Positions 44,813-56,400 of a stretch of 64,000 nucleotides of DNA are shown one piece after another. The stretch spans positions 186,001-250,000 of the forward strand of contig NW_013657637.1 in NCBI RefSeq assembly GCF_000142905.1. Direction: 5' to 3'. How positions within the stretch are numbered: position 1 is the stretch's first letter; each line of letters starts with the position of its first letter. The notes beneath the pieces are model-generated. The model was given only the letters and a program-made list of their open reading frames with translations, had not been told where the DNA came from and searched no databases. Made by a program: the position numbers and the translations under genes. This DNA comes from Thecamonas trahens ATCC 50062. Taxonomy: Eukaryota > Protista > Apusomonadida.

Positions 44813-45290
44813 GGTGGGAGGAGTGTGGGTGGGATGGGTGGAAGGAGAAGAGGAGGGAAGGGAGGGGGGGAGGGGGGGTGAGGAGGGGGGAGAGGTGGGT
44901 CTAGTTGTTGGTTCTGGGCCTGGGGCTGGGCCTGGGCCTGGGGCTCGGGTGGTGATGCGGTCGGTCGGTCGGTCGGTCGGTCGTCGGGTGGTGACACGGC
45001 GGTTGGACGACGCGTGGGAAGGCTGATCAAGCGCGTGTAGCGGCACGAGACGATATCAGCTGAGTACTACTACATTGGGTGATTCAATCAGGGATCATAT
45101 CTTCCAGAGTTGGGCGAGCGAGCGACGTGGATGAAGCGGTCGAGCTCGTCAAAAGGCAAGGCGCGATGGCGCGACGTTGGCCATGACGCGCAGCTGCCGA
45201 CGCCGGTAGGATGGTCATGCGGGCGATGCACGTGCGATGCACTCTGTGTCTCAGGCTACATCGATAGCTACTGCGGGGTGTGCAGAGGGT

Positions 45291-47512
45291 TTAGGCATCA
45301 TCGTCCGAGTCGTCGTTGTCGCTGTTTCCAGCCAAGATCGGGCCGCCGGCCTCGTCGGGCGACCCGCACGGTGGGTGGTGGTGGTCGGAGCGCGACTGCA
45401 TGTCATCGTCATCGTCGTCGTCATCGCTAGAAGCGCGGCGGAGAGTACGCTTGCGCTGAGCAAGTGTCTCCATGGAACTGTCGAGGGCGTGGACCGAGCC
45501 GGAGATGTTGAGGTCGTCCGAGTCCGAGTCGACGGCCAGCGAGGGCTGAGCCATGTCGTGGGCGTCGTCGCCACCCTGCATAGCACCGCGCTCGTGAGGC
45601 ATGAGCGCGGCCTGGGTACGGAAAGCATAGAACATGGGGTAGTGGATAATGTTGGTGACTGACGAGGCATAGAGATCAGCAAAGCGCTCGACTTGCGAGG
45701 CAAAGAGGGTTTTGCGCGAGCCGGTGCGAAGGCCGAGCCAAAGGTGGTCTTGTGCAGCCGCTTGACGGTGGCGCGGATCTCAGCGTGGATATCCTTGACG
45801 TTCGGCGGGTTGACCGCCGACGAGTCGAGGCCGCGGTAGATCTCGGCGAGCATAAACTCGAGGTTGGCAAGGTGCACAAACTCCGAGGTCGAGTTGCGGA
45901 ACGAGTTGAGCTCGTCGACCAGTTCGCGGACAACCAGCAGCGTCCGCCAGCCCGAGTTCTTCTTGCTCTTGATCACGTCACCAAAGATATGATCGCCAAT
46001 GTACAGCACGTCCGGCCCACGGGCACCGGTCAGCTCGCAGAACGTCGACAGCGAGCCACCGTGGTAGACGGCGCCGTCCTCGAACGCCGTGATGCGGTGG
46101 AGCTTGAGGTTGCCTGTCGCCACCTCGACCTCGCGGAGAGCGGTGCCCTTGCCAAAGAAGAGCGGCTTGCGCGCCGAGACAATGGCCACGTCAAAAAACG
46201 ATCGCCAGTTCGGGTAGTCGGCGGTGTAGGACGGCGCAAGCAGGTAGTCCATGATGATGTTGGTGTACGCGTACGGTGAGTTGGTGAGCAGGAAGACCTT
46301 GGCCTTGGTCCGGAACCGCAGCAGCAGGTCGGCCAGCCGCGGCGCAGGCTCGACATACATCTCCAGGTCGGCCGTTGTCGCATCCTTCAGCTCGCCCGAG
46401 TAGTGGATGTGGTCAACGGCGGCACGGAGGTCGATGAACAGTGCCTCGAACGAGAGCGACAGCTTCTCGTCGTCGATGCCGAGCTCCGACGACTCCATCT
46501 CCGACTCAAAAAGCGAGATGAGGTCGGCGTAGAGGCAAATCTCCGGCATGGAGAAGAGCGTGTCGTAGAGGTGGAACCGCCGGCCCGAGCCGACCTTGGC
46601 CAGGTTGATAAACTTGGACGGGTACTTTTCCGCCGTCGTCAACCGCCGCCGCCCGTGCGTCGCCGCAAGAATGGTACCGTACTGGTCGAGCTTGAGCAGG
46701 TTGCCGAGCTTGGTGTCGAGGCAGAGGCCACGGATTGGAAAGCTCGCGTCGTAAGAGAGCGTCCTGATCGACTCGGGATAGCCCATCGCCACCAGCCGGT
46801 TGACAATCAGCCGGTACTGCAGCGCCTCGTACTGCGGCGACTTGTACTCGCAGATGGTGTGGTCCATGTCAAACCCGACGTGCTTGACAGACTCGAGCCG
46901 GAGCCCGCGCACCACATACACTCGATTCTCCGGCTCGCGCTTGTACGTCGGCGGCAGATCGTGCATGTTGGCATCCGAGTACTGCCGCAGCTCGGCGGCC
47001 GTCGGCGGATTTGACAGATCCTCCAGCCGCAGCCGCCGCGAGCTCACCACCGGACCCGCCGCCCCAGTGCTCCCATCATCCGACGCCGATCGAGAACTAC
47101 CACCAACTGTGAGTCGTACTCCCTCCAGCTGTCGATGACGCGTTTTCCCCGCATACGACACTGTCGCCACCACCGCCACCACCGCCACCGCCCCCCAGCC
47201 GCAGCCACAGCGCCACGCCGAGGACAAACCACGCCCACCTCCTCCGAGACCCACCCAGTGGGCCACCCAAATACACACACACACATTGCCACATGCCTAG
47301 CACATGCCTCACGCAAGCATATGCCGCATACTGCTGTTCCTCTTTGATTGCAGCTCTGGCTCCCTCCCCCCCCCCCCCCCTCCCCCCTCCCCCCCCCGCG
47401 CTCCCACACCTCCACACACGTACCGACGAAGATCCATGAGTCGCGATGACGGCGACATGGCCATGGCGAGAGGAGGCGTTTCGTAGGAAGGTGTATTGTT
47501 TCCGCTTGACAT
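45291..47512 (-). CDS. NT5C2: Cytosolic purine 5'-nucleotidase (cN-II, HAD family); intron 47423-47097; 1-nt frameshift at ~45728
   Basis: RVYVVRGL..GFDMDHT, FLLTNS, ARKPLFF, YIGDHIFGDV..GWRT. Adding one C at 45728 restores the conserved [26 protein letters not shown]. Confidence 0.92.
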
Positions 47513-47718
47513 AATGAGTAAGATATGACAGCTTCTACGCTTCCGCCTCCCTCGCAGAGTGTGTCCTGGCGGCCTTTGTTGCTGCGCCGGGAAGGAGTGC
47601 CACGTGGGTATGCGGTGGGCGGGTGAGGTTCTGGAGACGGCAGCCAATTTAAACCTTCAAAAAAAACTCAATTTTTGTTCCTTCACCCTCTGGTCACATG
47701 CCGAGGCGGAGGGCAAAC

Positions 47719-50718
47719 ATGGTTCAGCTGCCGAGGCTAGAATCCGGACAGAAGCCGCAAGCAGCCTGGCTCACCGCTGTGTCATCTCTCTCCACTTTAC
47801 CCCCCCCCCTTCGCCTCGCCCTGGCACCACGGCGAGTTCCCTATGGGCTGCGGGTCGTCGCGGACTTCGTCTGCCTTCCCCCGCCATCGGCAAGCGGGAG
47901 CTGGCAGAGCGGAGAGCAGAGCGGTCCCAGCGGGCGACGGCTCGGGCGAGGACAAGGCGGACGTGAGCACAAGCCCTTGCCAGAGCACCAAGTCGTGGTC
48001 AAGTTTGCGCCACATCCGCATGGCTCTCCGCTGGTGGGCGGCGAGAGACGGGCGAATGACAATAGGCAGACCACGGCAACTACAAGCCGGGCGCTCATCA
48101 AGCACCGATTCGACTCGGGCAGACCGTCGTACTTTGAGGTGCTCGGCGCGGCAGCTAGGGCCATCTATGCAGAGTCGGGCGCAAGAGACCTGTCGGTCGA
48201 TGAGCTGAACAACCTGGAGATCGATCTGGTGTTCTTTGACCAGGACGGAGACCCTATTCTCATCTTTGATGAGGCCTCGTGGCTGCTGGCTTTGGATGAC
48301 GCCAAGGCCATGGCGTCGCGGGCTGCCACAAGTCGTGATCTTGCTCGCAAAGCACCCGCATCGCCGCAGCGCTCGCGCCCGCCTACGCTGGTCTTGGAGG
48401 TTCGATTCTCGTCCAAGCGCCGCAGGTCTAAACGGCTCACCCGCCTCGGCTCAGGCCGATCGCGAGCCGGACGAAGCTCGCCGGCACCTGCGCTCTCGCC
48501 GGTGCTCGAGGCCAAGAGCAACACACATGCAACCAGTAAGAGCGGCGAGGACTCGTCGCCGAGCTCGGGCTTTCTGCCTAGCGCGGCGCTACCGCCGCGA
48601 CCACCGGGACGGGCGCACGGCTTGGGCTCGTCGTCGTCGTCGGTTGGCATCATCTTGCCTGTGCCTTCCAGCAACGGGCCGGTGGTACCTGTCGAGATGA
48701 CCAGCACTTACTCGATGGCCTCGGGTGAGTCGCGGGCGGTGGAGATTGACGAGCCGTCGACGCCGTCGCAGACCAGTCCGCCGACGGCGGCGGTTGCTCC
48801 AAGGCCGACCACCTTTGGCGACCGGACCGGTGTTGAAGGTGGCGACCTCTCGTTTGTCCACATCACCAAGCATATTTCATCACCAGAGGTCTCATCCGCA
48901 TGTGACGAGGTGGTGCTGGCGTCGGCCTCTGAGTGTCGCACGCCGACCACGCCGCTGCCCGAGCGCTCACCGCGGATGCGGCCATCGCCGCGGACGCTGG
49001 TACGTGGCACTCGGGCAAGTCCACGGATGACCGCGGCAACAGGCGTCATGGGCTCACGTCCGCTGGATTTGGGCGAGAAGAGCGCTGAGCTGTCGCAGTC
49101 GCTGGCAGCCCGCACGGTTGCTGCGGCAGGTGGGCTCACCGAGCCGCAGCTTGTGTTTGACGATGATGAGAAGGATCTGTTTGACTCTTTCGACTCTAGC
49201 TCGAGCAGCAGCCGCAACAGTAGCAGCAGCAGTAGCCATGGTAGTGGCCGCAACAGCCCTGTGGTGGCGGGAACGAGCGAACTGGAAGTCATCTTTGACG
49301 ACGACGAGAACGCGTTATTTGCTTCGATCAACTCGGACTCAACATCGTCTTCGGGCTCGGGCTCAGGCTCGGGCTCGAGATCGGGCTCTGAGGCTGGTGA
49401 ACCGCTCAGCGATGAGCGGCCGGAACCGCAGACCTCGCCAGTGCCCGAGCCTGATCTGGTATTTGACGGAGAAGTGGCCGAGGCCGAGGCGGTTGCGGCC
49501 AAGGACGGTGCGATCCGTTGGAAGCGCGGACGGCTCCTTGGAATGGGCGCGTTTGGTAAGGTCTACATTGGCATCGACCTCGACCGGCACCAGCCGATGG
49601 CGGTCAAGGTTGTCGAGTTTGTGCCGCCACCCCACCCGCGTGGTGAGAAGGCCGACGGCGAGCTGCCGGCGACGATGCTGCGAGAAATGACCGAGGCCGA
49701 GCGTGAGATCGAGCTGTTGAAGAGCTTGCGGCACGACAACATTGTGCGGTACATCGGGGCGAGCAAGGTGGTAGACAGCGCAGGAACCCATGCGCTGCAT
49801 ATTTTTCTCGAGTTTGTTGGCTGCGGCTCGCTGGCGACGCTCCTTGCGCACCATCGCAACGCCGACGGCTCGGCCGGTCTCGACGAGGCGACGAGCCGAG
49901 CGTACATGTACCAGATTCTGGAGGGCCTGTTGCATCTGCACGATCACAAGGTCATCCACCGCGACATCAAGGCCGGCAACGTGCTCATTTCCAAGCAGCC
50001 GAGCTTCCCTGCGCTGCACACGATGAAGATTGCCGACTTTGGGGCGTCGACCACGTTTTCGACGGTGGCACCGGTTCACGGGCACACGCTTGCGGGCACG
50101 CCCAACTTTATGGCGCCCGAGGTGATCCGGCAAGAGGGCCACAGCCTCAAGGCCGACATTTGGTCGGTCGGCTGCCTGGTCATTGAGATGCTGACCGGCC
50201 TCCCGCCGTGGCCCAAGTCGGAGCCGATGGCAGTGCTATTCTCGGTGGCCCAGCACAAGCGGACGCCACCGCTGCCCAATGGCATCTCAGCCGCACTGGG
50301 AGATTTCCTCGCCCGGTGCTTTGCCCACAACCCGGCGCAGCGACCATCGGCCGCAGCCCTGCTGCGGCACGCCTGGTTCGACGGCATCGCTCAGCTTCCG
50401 GCAGACTCGCTCGATGCCACGGTTGTCGCCGCCATTGACATCGACGACATCGCCGCCGAGATCGACGAGCTCATGGCGGCGTCGCATGCCGCGCGGCCGA
50501 ACGCCAAAGTCTCGTTCTCGTTTGCGAGCCACGCCAAGGCCTCGACTCGCATCAACGCCCACGACGAGAAGCCGCTATCAGCCACCAAAAGCCTGGCTGA
50601 GCGCTACGCCGAGCTCCTGGCCAGCGGTGACGATGACGCCCTGGCCGAGTTCGAGGCTGAGATGGAGGCGTCGGCTGCGCCGACCCGCACCGCCTCGGGC
50701 CGCCTTCGCCGCGACTAG
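47719..50718 (+). CDS. MAP kinase kinase kinase (STE11/MEKK-like) with N-terminal PB1 domain
   Basis: WKRGRLLGMGAFGKVY, MAVK, HRDIKAGN, ADFG, GTPNFMAPEVI, DIWSVGC; PB1 acidic motif FFDQDGDPILI. Confidence 0.92.
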   Translation: MVQLPRLESGQKPQAAWLTAVSSLSTLPPPLRLALAPRRVPYGLRVVADFVCLPPPSASGSWQSGEQSGPSGRRLGRGQGGREHKPLPEHQVVVKFAPHPHGSPLVGGERRANDNRQTTATTSRALIKHRFDSGRPSYFEVLGAAARAIYAESGARDLSVDELNNLEIDLVFFDQDGDPILIFDEASWLLALDDAKAMASRAATSRDLARKAPASPQRSRPPTLVLEVRFSSKRRRSKRLTRLGSGRSRAGRSSPAPALSPVLEAKSNTHATSKSGEDSSPSSGFLPSAALPPRPPGRAHGLGSSSSSVGIILPVPSSNGPVVPVEMTSTYSMASGESRAVEIDEPSTPSQTSPPTAAVAPRPTTFGDRTGVEGGDLSFVHITKHISSPEVSSACDEVVLASASECRTPTTPLPERSPRMRPSPRTLVRGTRASPRMTAATGVMGSRPLDLGEKSAELSQSLAARTVAAAGGLTEPQLVFDDDEKDLFDSFDSSSSSSRNSSSSSSHGSGRNSPVVAGTSELEVIFDDDENALFASINSDSTSSSGSGSGSGSRSGSEAGEPLSDERPEPQTSPVPEPDLVFDGEVAEAEAVAAKDGAIRWKRGRLLGMGAFGKVYIGIDLDRHQPMAVKVVEFVPPPHPRGEKADGELPATMLREMTEAEREIELLKSLRHDNIVRYIGASKVVDSAGTHALHIFLEFVGCGSLATLLAHHRNADGSAGLDEATSRAYMYQILEGLLHLHDHKVIHRDIKAGNVLISKQPSFPALHTMKIADFGASTTFSTVAPVHGHTLAGTPNFMAPEVIRQEGHSLKADIWSVGCLVIEMLTGLPPWPKSEPMAVLFSVAQHKRTPPLPNGISAALGDFLARCFAHNPAQRPSAAALLRHAWFDGIAQLPADSLDATVVAAIDIDDIAAEIDELMAASHAARPNAKVSFSFASHAKASTRINAHDEKPLSATKSLAERYAELLASGDDDALAEFEAEMEASAAPTRTASGRLRRD

Positions 50719-50738
50719 CCCATTCTGGCTGGCGACAG

Positions 50739-51332
50739 CTACCAGTAGAGCGTGCCCGGCGCGCCTTTGGCCGTGCCCACAATTTCGGGCGTGAGCCAGC
50801 CGCCGTAAAACGAGCCGGGCTGTGGCACCGCCAGATCATCGTCGACGTACGCGGCCTCGACTCGCCCTGCGTAGAATGCGATACAGCCCTTGATAGCTGT
50901 AAACGCCTCGGTCGGCTCGGGGTACGACCAGGCGGCGCGGACAAGGCGATCGCCGTCCGGCACCAACACATCCCAGTATGTGGCGAGGCCCTTCCACTCA
51001 CAGAACGTGGAGTGCGGCTCACAGCTTGGCACCACTCGCTCGAGATCGATGTCGGCGAGCGGGATGTAGTACGTGGGTGCGTGATGGGTCTCGGCAACGC
51101 GGATGGCCGCGCAGGTCTCGGCCACCACTGCCCCGCCATGCTCGACTCGGATCCGCCACGGGACGGGCTTGACTTGGGGTGGGCGCGGAAAGTCAACAAC
51201 GTTTTCGGTCGGCCGTGGCTCGCAGCGCGGCGACGACCTCGGCTCTGCTGCCATGCTCGGCTCAAGTCGTGTGCCGTTGGTCCCGCCCACAACAGCAGGT
51301 GTGCCCAAGGTGCGCAAGAGCTGTCGATGCAT
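50739..51332 (-). CDS. DUF427 (NTP_transf_9) family protein
   Basis: ENVVDFPRPP, ETHHAPTYYIP, CEWKG, AAWSYPEP, FYGGW..KGAPGT.W; start at 51332 or 51254. Confidence 0.85.
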   Translation of the reverse strand: MHRQLLRTLGTPAVVGGTNGTRLEPSMAAEPRSSPRCEPRPTENVVDFPRPPQVKPVPWRIRVEHGGAVVAETCAAIRVAETHHAPTYYIPLADIDLERVVPSCEPHSTFCEWKGLATYWDVLVPDGDRLVRAAWSYPEPTEAFTAIKGCIAFYAGRVEAAYVDDDLAVPQPGSFYGGWLTPEIVGTAKGAPGTLYW

Positions 51333-51503
51333 GTCGTCATCCACACTATTTTTTGTTGCACCCCCCACCCCCCACCCCCCCTGTCCTCTCCAACCTGAGC
51401 CCTTGCGAAACGAAACGCGTCAGCTTGCCGACAACAAGCGAGCTGTATTCCGCCTCGCTCGCGCTTGCCACCCAACTCAAACACCTTTACCGCCTTCACC
51501 AAC

Positions 51504-52331
51504 ATGCTTCGTGCCGCTACTACCTCGCTCGCTGCCGCCCGCGCTGTGACGCATACGCAGACTGCCGCCATTTCTGTGGCCTCTTCGGTCTTTCTTGTGA
51601 CCGGTGGCGGCTCGGGCCTCGGCGGAGCAACAGCCGAGGCCATTGTGGCTGGCGGCGGCAAGGTCGGCATCATCGACATCGACGGCGAGAAGGCCGAGGC
51701 TATGGCGGAGAAGCTCGGTGCCGAGTCGGCCGTCGCCTTCCAGGCGGACGTCACCTCGGTCGACCAGATCAAGGCTGCCGTCGACGGGACGGTGGCCAAG
51801 TTTGGCAAGCTCAACGGCGCGGTCAACGCGGCTGGCATTGCCAACGCGACCCGGCTGCTGAAGACCGACCTGGACACCATCCGCAAGGTCTACGACGTCA
51901 ACGTTGTCGGCACCATCAACACCATCCAGCAGGCGACACTCGCCATGAACGAGATGGAGCCCGATGCCGAGTCGGGTGAGCGCGGCGCGTTTGTCAACAC
52001 CGCCTCGGTCGCCGCCTTTGACGGCCAGATCGGCCAGGTCGCGTACTCGGCCTCCAAGGGTGCCATCCATGCCCTCTCCATCGTCCTCGCCCGTGAGCTG
52101 ACCGGCTACGGCATCCGCTGCAACACCATCGCCCCGGGCATCTTCGACACCCCGCTCCTCGCCTCGCTCCCGGAAAAGGCCCGCCAGTCGCTCGCCAACC
52201 AGGTGCCGTTCCCCAAGCGGCTCGGTGACCCCGCCGAGTTTGGCAAGGCCGCCGTCGCCATCATCGAGAATGGCTACCTCAACGGCGAGACCATCCGTGT
52301 CGACGGCGCCCTCCGCATGGCCGCCAACTAA
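51504..52331 (+). CDS. HSD17B10: 3-hydroxyacyl-CoA dehydrogenase type 2 (SDR), probably mitochondrial
   Basis: [64 protein letters not shown]; Arg/Ala/Thr-rich presequence. Confidence 0.92.
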   Translation: MLRAATTSLAAARAVTHTQTAAISVASSVFLVTGGGSGLGGATAEAIVAGGGKVGIIDIDGEKAEAMAEKLGAESAVAFQADVTSVDQIKAAVDGTVAKFGKLNGAVNAAGIANATRLLKTDLDTIRKVYDVNVVGTINTIQQATLAMNEMEPDAESGERGAFVNTASVAAFDGQIGQVAYSASKGAIHALSIVLARELTGYGIRCNTIAPGIFDTPLLASLPEKARQSLANQVPFPKRLGDPAEFGKAAVAIIENGYLNGETIRVDGALRMAAN

Positions 52332-53427
52332 TGCATTTGCCCTCACCCTGGCACCGCGCCCTTTTGCCTCGCACCTCTGCGCACCCAGTACGACTTCCCC
52401 GTTGTACGTGCACTCTCCCCATGCGTAAAGGTAGCCGATTTTGCGCACATCTCTTGGGCGATTCTTGTTTATTTTCCACCTCACTCTTATACTCCACTTC
52501 TATCGACCCCACGCCTCCCCAACGCTCACGCCTATTCCTCACTCTGCGCGATCCGACCCTCACGCTACTGACTGGTGTAGAGAATGTGGCTTGCACTCGC
52601 CACTTTGCAGTGTTCATGAGTCACGAGGGCATACAGCAGGGAGGCGGAGGGGTAATAGAAGAGAAGATAGGCAGAGCAAATTGGGAAGGCACAAAAATGG
52701 CGGACGACCGGGACACTATACCGCTACAGCCAACATCATCGCGCGGCAACCGCGCTGCCCGGCCCCCCACCGGCGGCGCAGTATACTTAACGACCACACT
52801 TGTCTGGAGACCCGGCGGGAGCTCTACGTGCCACACACCAGTCCCTCCTCTCGCCAACCTCCCTCCCCCCCTCTCCCCCTCTCCACTTCACCCACACCCG
52901 GCCTTGTCTGCCCCCCCCTGCGGCGGTCTCTGGGTGGCGACGAACAAGGGAAAAAATTCTCGTCGGGACGACAAACCGTACGTTCCTCCCCCCCCTTTCA
53001 ATCAATGACTCGATGTATTTTCGCCATGCTGCCGTCTGCCAGCTGGCGGCTTCCCGTCCCGCCTTTCCCCACCCCCTCCCCCCCCCCCGCCCCTGTCTTG
53101 CCCTCCCGCTACCACCAGCCAGCCTGCACACCAACACGAGCCTTCCTCCTATACTCTAGCTGTTGCCTCTTTTGTCACCGTCTTTGGGTCCTCTTTCGCA
53201 TCTCCTCCTTCCCTCTGCCCCCCCCCCACGCCCCCATCCCTCGCCCCCTACTGCGGTTGTCTTTACCCCGGAAAGCTGGTCGCTCCAGCGTGGATCGTTG
53301 GTGGCAGCGCTCGCAGCCCGGCTGGCGAGTGGCCTCGCGCAACTTTTTGATTCGTCCACCCCCCACCCGCGTACGGTCACTCACCTCCTCTCCTTCCTCT
53401 CCCCTTTTGTCTCCAGAACCAAGCGTC

Positions 53428-56400
53428 ATGAGTGGTACCTCACTAGAGGCCAACGAGTCGCTAGACATGTCCTCGCCGGCACGCGGTGACGCGCTCCTTG
53501 CGCCAACAAACGAATCGCTCGACGAGTCGACCGGGCCGGTCGAGATGGAGACCGAGCCAGTGGCGGCTGCCGAGCAAGCAGGCACTGGGGCGGACGGCAG
53601 CATGGCGGCGCCGCAGGCTGGAGTCGAGGCGTCGGGCCAGCCCAAGGTGGAGGATGCCCTGCTGTACCTGGAGCAGGTGAAGATCCAGTTCCGCGAGCAG
53701 CCCGAGGTGTACGACGCGTTTCTGGACATCATGAAGGACTTTAAGGCGCACAACATCGACACTCCCGGTGTCATCCAGCGGGTTCGGACGCTCTTCCGCG
53801 GACACCGCGACCTCATCTTTGGCTTCAACACCTTTCTCCCACCGGGCTACAAGATCGAGCTCGACGACCTCCGTGACGAGCCGGAGCCGCCGAAGCGGGC
53901 CAGCAGCAGCACGGCGCGGCCGGCCAAGAAGGGCGGGCGCAAGAAGCGGGTGTCGAACAGCTCGCGGGCGCGGCGCGGCGGCATGCGCAAGCGTGACGGT
54001 GTGTCGGCGGCGGCCGAGCCCAAGAGCCTTGACACGGCGCTCAACTACGTGAACAAGATCAAGCAACGGTTCGAGAGTAACCCCGAGGTGTACACGGTCT
54101 TTCTCGAGATTCTGCAGACGTACCAGCGCGAGGTGCGGACGATCACCGAGGTCTACGACGAGGTCTCGCGGCTGTTTGCCAACGAGCCGGACCTGCTCGA
54201 GGAGTTTACCACGTTCCTCCCCGAGTCGCTCGCGCACCACAACCGGCGCAAGCGCGGGCGCGAGGGCGCCAGCCGCGGGCGGCCGCTCAAGCGGGCCAAG
54301 ATCGAGCTTGCGCCCGACGACGAGATCGGGTTCTTCAACGCGGTCAAGCGGCGGCTCACTGCGCCGCTCTATGCCGACTTTCTCAAGGCGCTGCATGTCT
54401 TCTCCAACCAGATCCTCTCGACAGCCGAGACGGTCAAATTGGTGCGGACCATTCTCGCCGGCCACCCGGACCTCATCTCGTGGTTCGAGGCCTTTGTCGA
54501 CTACAAGGAGCAAGGCGCCAAGATGCGGCGGGTCCAATCGATCTCGCAGATTGACAACGATGAGTACATTGACTACTCGCAGCTCAAAAAGTATGGCCCG
54601 TCGTACCGCGCCCTCCCGACCTCGTACCGCCGCCCTTCGTGCTCGGGCCGTGACGACTTGTGCGACTCGGTCCTCAACGACACGTGGGTTGCGTCGGCCG
54701 CCACCGACTCGGACGACTTTATCTTCAAGTCCTCGCAGAAGAACGAGTTTGAGGAGCGCCTCTTCTTGTGCGAGGAGGAGCGCTACGAGCTCGACATGGT
54801 CATCGAGCAGAACGCGTCGGCCATCCGCGCCCTCGAGCCGCTGGCCTCCAAGATCCTGGAGGCTCAGAAGCAAGCCGGCACCGAAGGCCCCGGCCCGTCG
54901 TTCAAGCTGGCCTCCGAGAACGCGCTTGGCATCATTCAGATCAAGGCCATCGAGCGCATCTACGGCCACCGCGCCAAGGACGCTCTTTCGGGCCTCCGCA
55001 AGAACCCGCACGTCGCCGTCCCCATCATTCTCAAGCGGCTCCGCCAGAAGGATCGAGACTGGCGCCGCATCCAGCGCGAGTGGAACAAGGTGTGGAACAA
55101 CGTCAACGCCGACAACTACCGTCGCTCGCTCGACTACCGCGGTGCGGAGTTCAAGACCTCGGACAAGAAGTCCATGGGCACCAAGGCGCTCGTCTCTACT
55201 GTCAAGGAAAAGGTAAGGTAAGCTGCTGGAGCTGCCCCCCTCCANNNNNNNNNNNNNNNNNNNNNNNNNNNNNNNNNNNNNNNNNNNNNNNNNNNNNNNN
55301 NNNNNNNNNNNNNNNNNNNNNNNNNNNNNNNNNNNNNNNNNNNNNNNNNNNNNNNNNNNNNNNNNNNNNNNNNNNNNNNNNNNNNNNNNNNNNNNNNNNN
55401 NNNNNNNNNNNNNNNNNNNNNNNNNNNNNNNNNNNNNNNNNNNNNNNNNNNNNNNNNNNNNNNNNNNNNNNNNNNNNNNNNNNNNNNNNNNNNNNNNNNN
55501 NNNNNNNNNNNNNNNNCCCCCCCTCCCCTCCTCGCCTGTTTCTGCCTCCACTCACCTCCTCTCCCAACTTCTCACGATTTCCAGCAAGACCAACTGAAGG
55601 TCCAGGGCAAGGCCACGGCGGTGCATTTTACGTCGACGATCGAGTCGACAGCCGAGATCCAGGAGGCGTACCGGCTGCTGCTGTTCTGCCTCACGCGGTC
55701 GATGGCGACAGACAAGGTGGTGCAGAAGATGCGGCTGTTTATTGTGGGCTGGCTTGCCAAGTTCCTGGGCGTGCCGGTGGAGACGTCTGTCATCGACGAG
55801 CACTTTGCACAGATCCGCAAAGCGCTGGCGCGCAAGCACACGCCGAGCGGGGCTGCAGCGTCGGCAGCGACGGCGGCAGCAGCAGCCGCCGCGGCTGGGG
55901 CGCCTGCACCTGCGGCGGCGGCCGCAAACGGGCCGACAGCCGGGTCGATTGCCGAGGGCCTCCCGCCGCCTGTGGCGGCGGCCGTCGCCGAGGCTGCAGC
56001 CAAGATCGACGCGGCCGAGGAGGAGGTGGCGCAGATGCGGTCGACATCTACGGCGCCGCAGCCGCCGTTCTTTGGCAACGAGATCTACTTTGTAGTTCTC
56101 CAGCTGTTTGCGCTTCTCACCTCGCGCATCGCCAAGGTTCGCGAGCTTGCGGTCGTGGCGCAGGGCAAGTATGACGCGGCGGGCGCCCAGGCTTTCCGTA
56201 AGCCGTTCAACAAGGCGGCGGCGATGCTCGACCCGACGTACGCCAAGCGGAGCGACACAGCGCTCGAAGCGATGGATGTGGCCGCGGCCGGCGGCTCGGT
56301 CTTTGCCGCCGTTCTCAACTTTGTCAAGTTGTACCAGGCGTCCAAGGTCTCGACGAGCCGGTTTGAGAACACGCTCAACGACGTGCTTGGCCCCGACTCG

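Noticed and set aside
45251-45727. NT5C2 as a pseudogene or with a novel Thr/Pro-rich tail
   Set aside because: The conserved cN-II C-terminus continues intact in the adjacent frame, indicating a single-base error rather than decay.
52331-53427. ORFs and the long N-terminal extension upstream of Sin3
   Set aside because: Low-complexity C/T-rich sequence ending in ACTCAC...polypyrimidine...CAG at 53416; better explained as promoter, UTR and intron.
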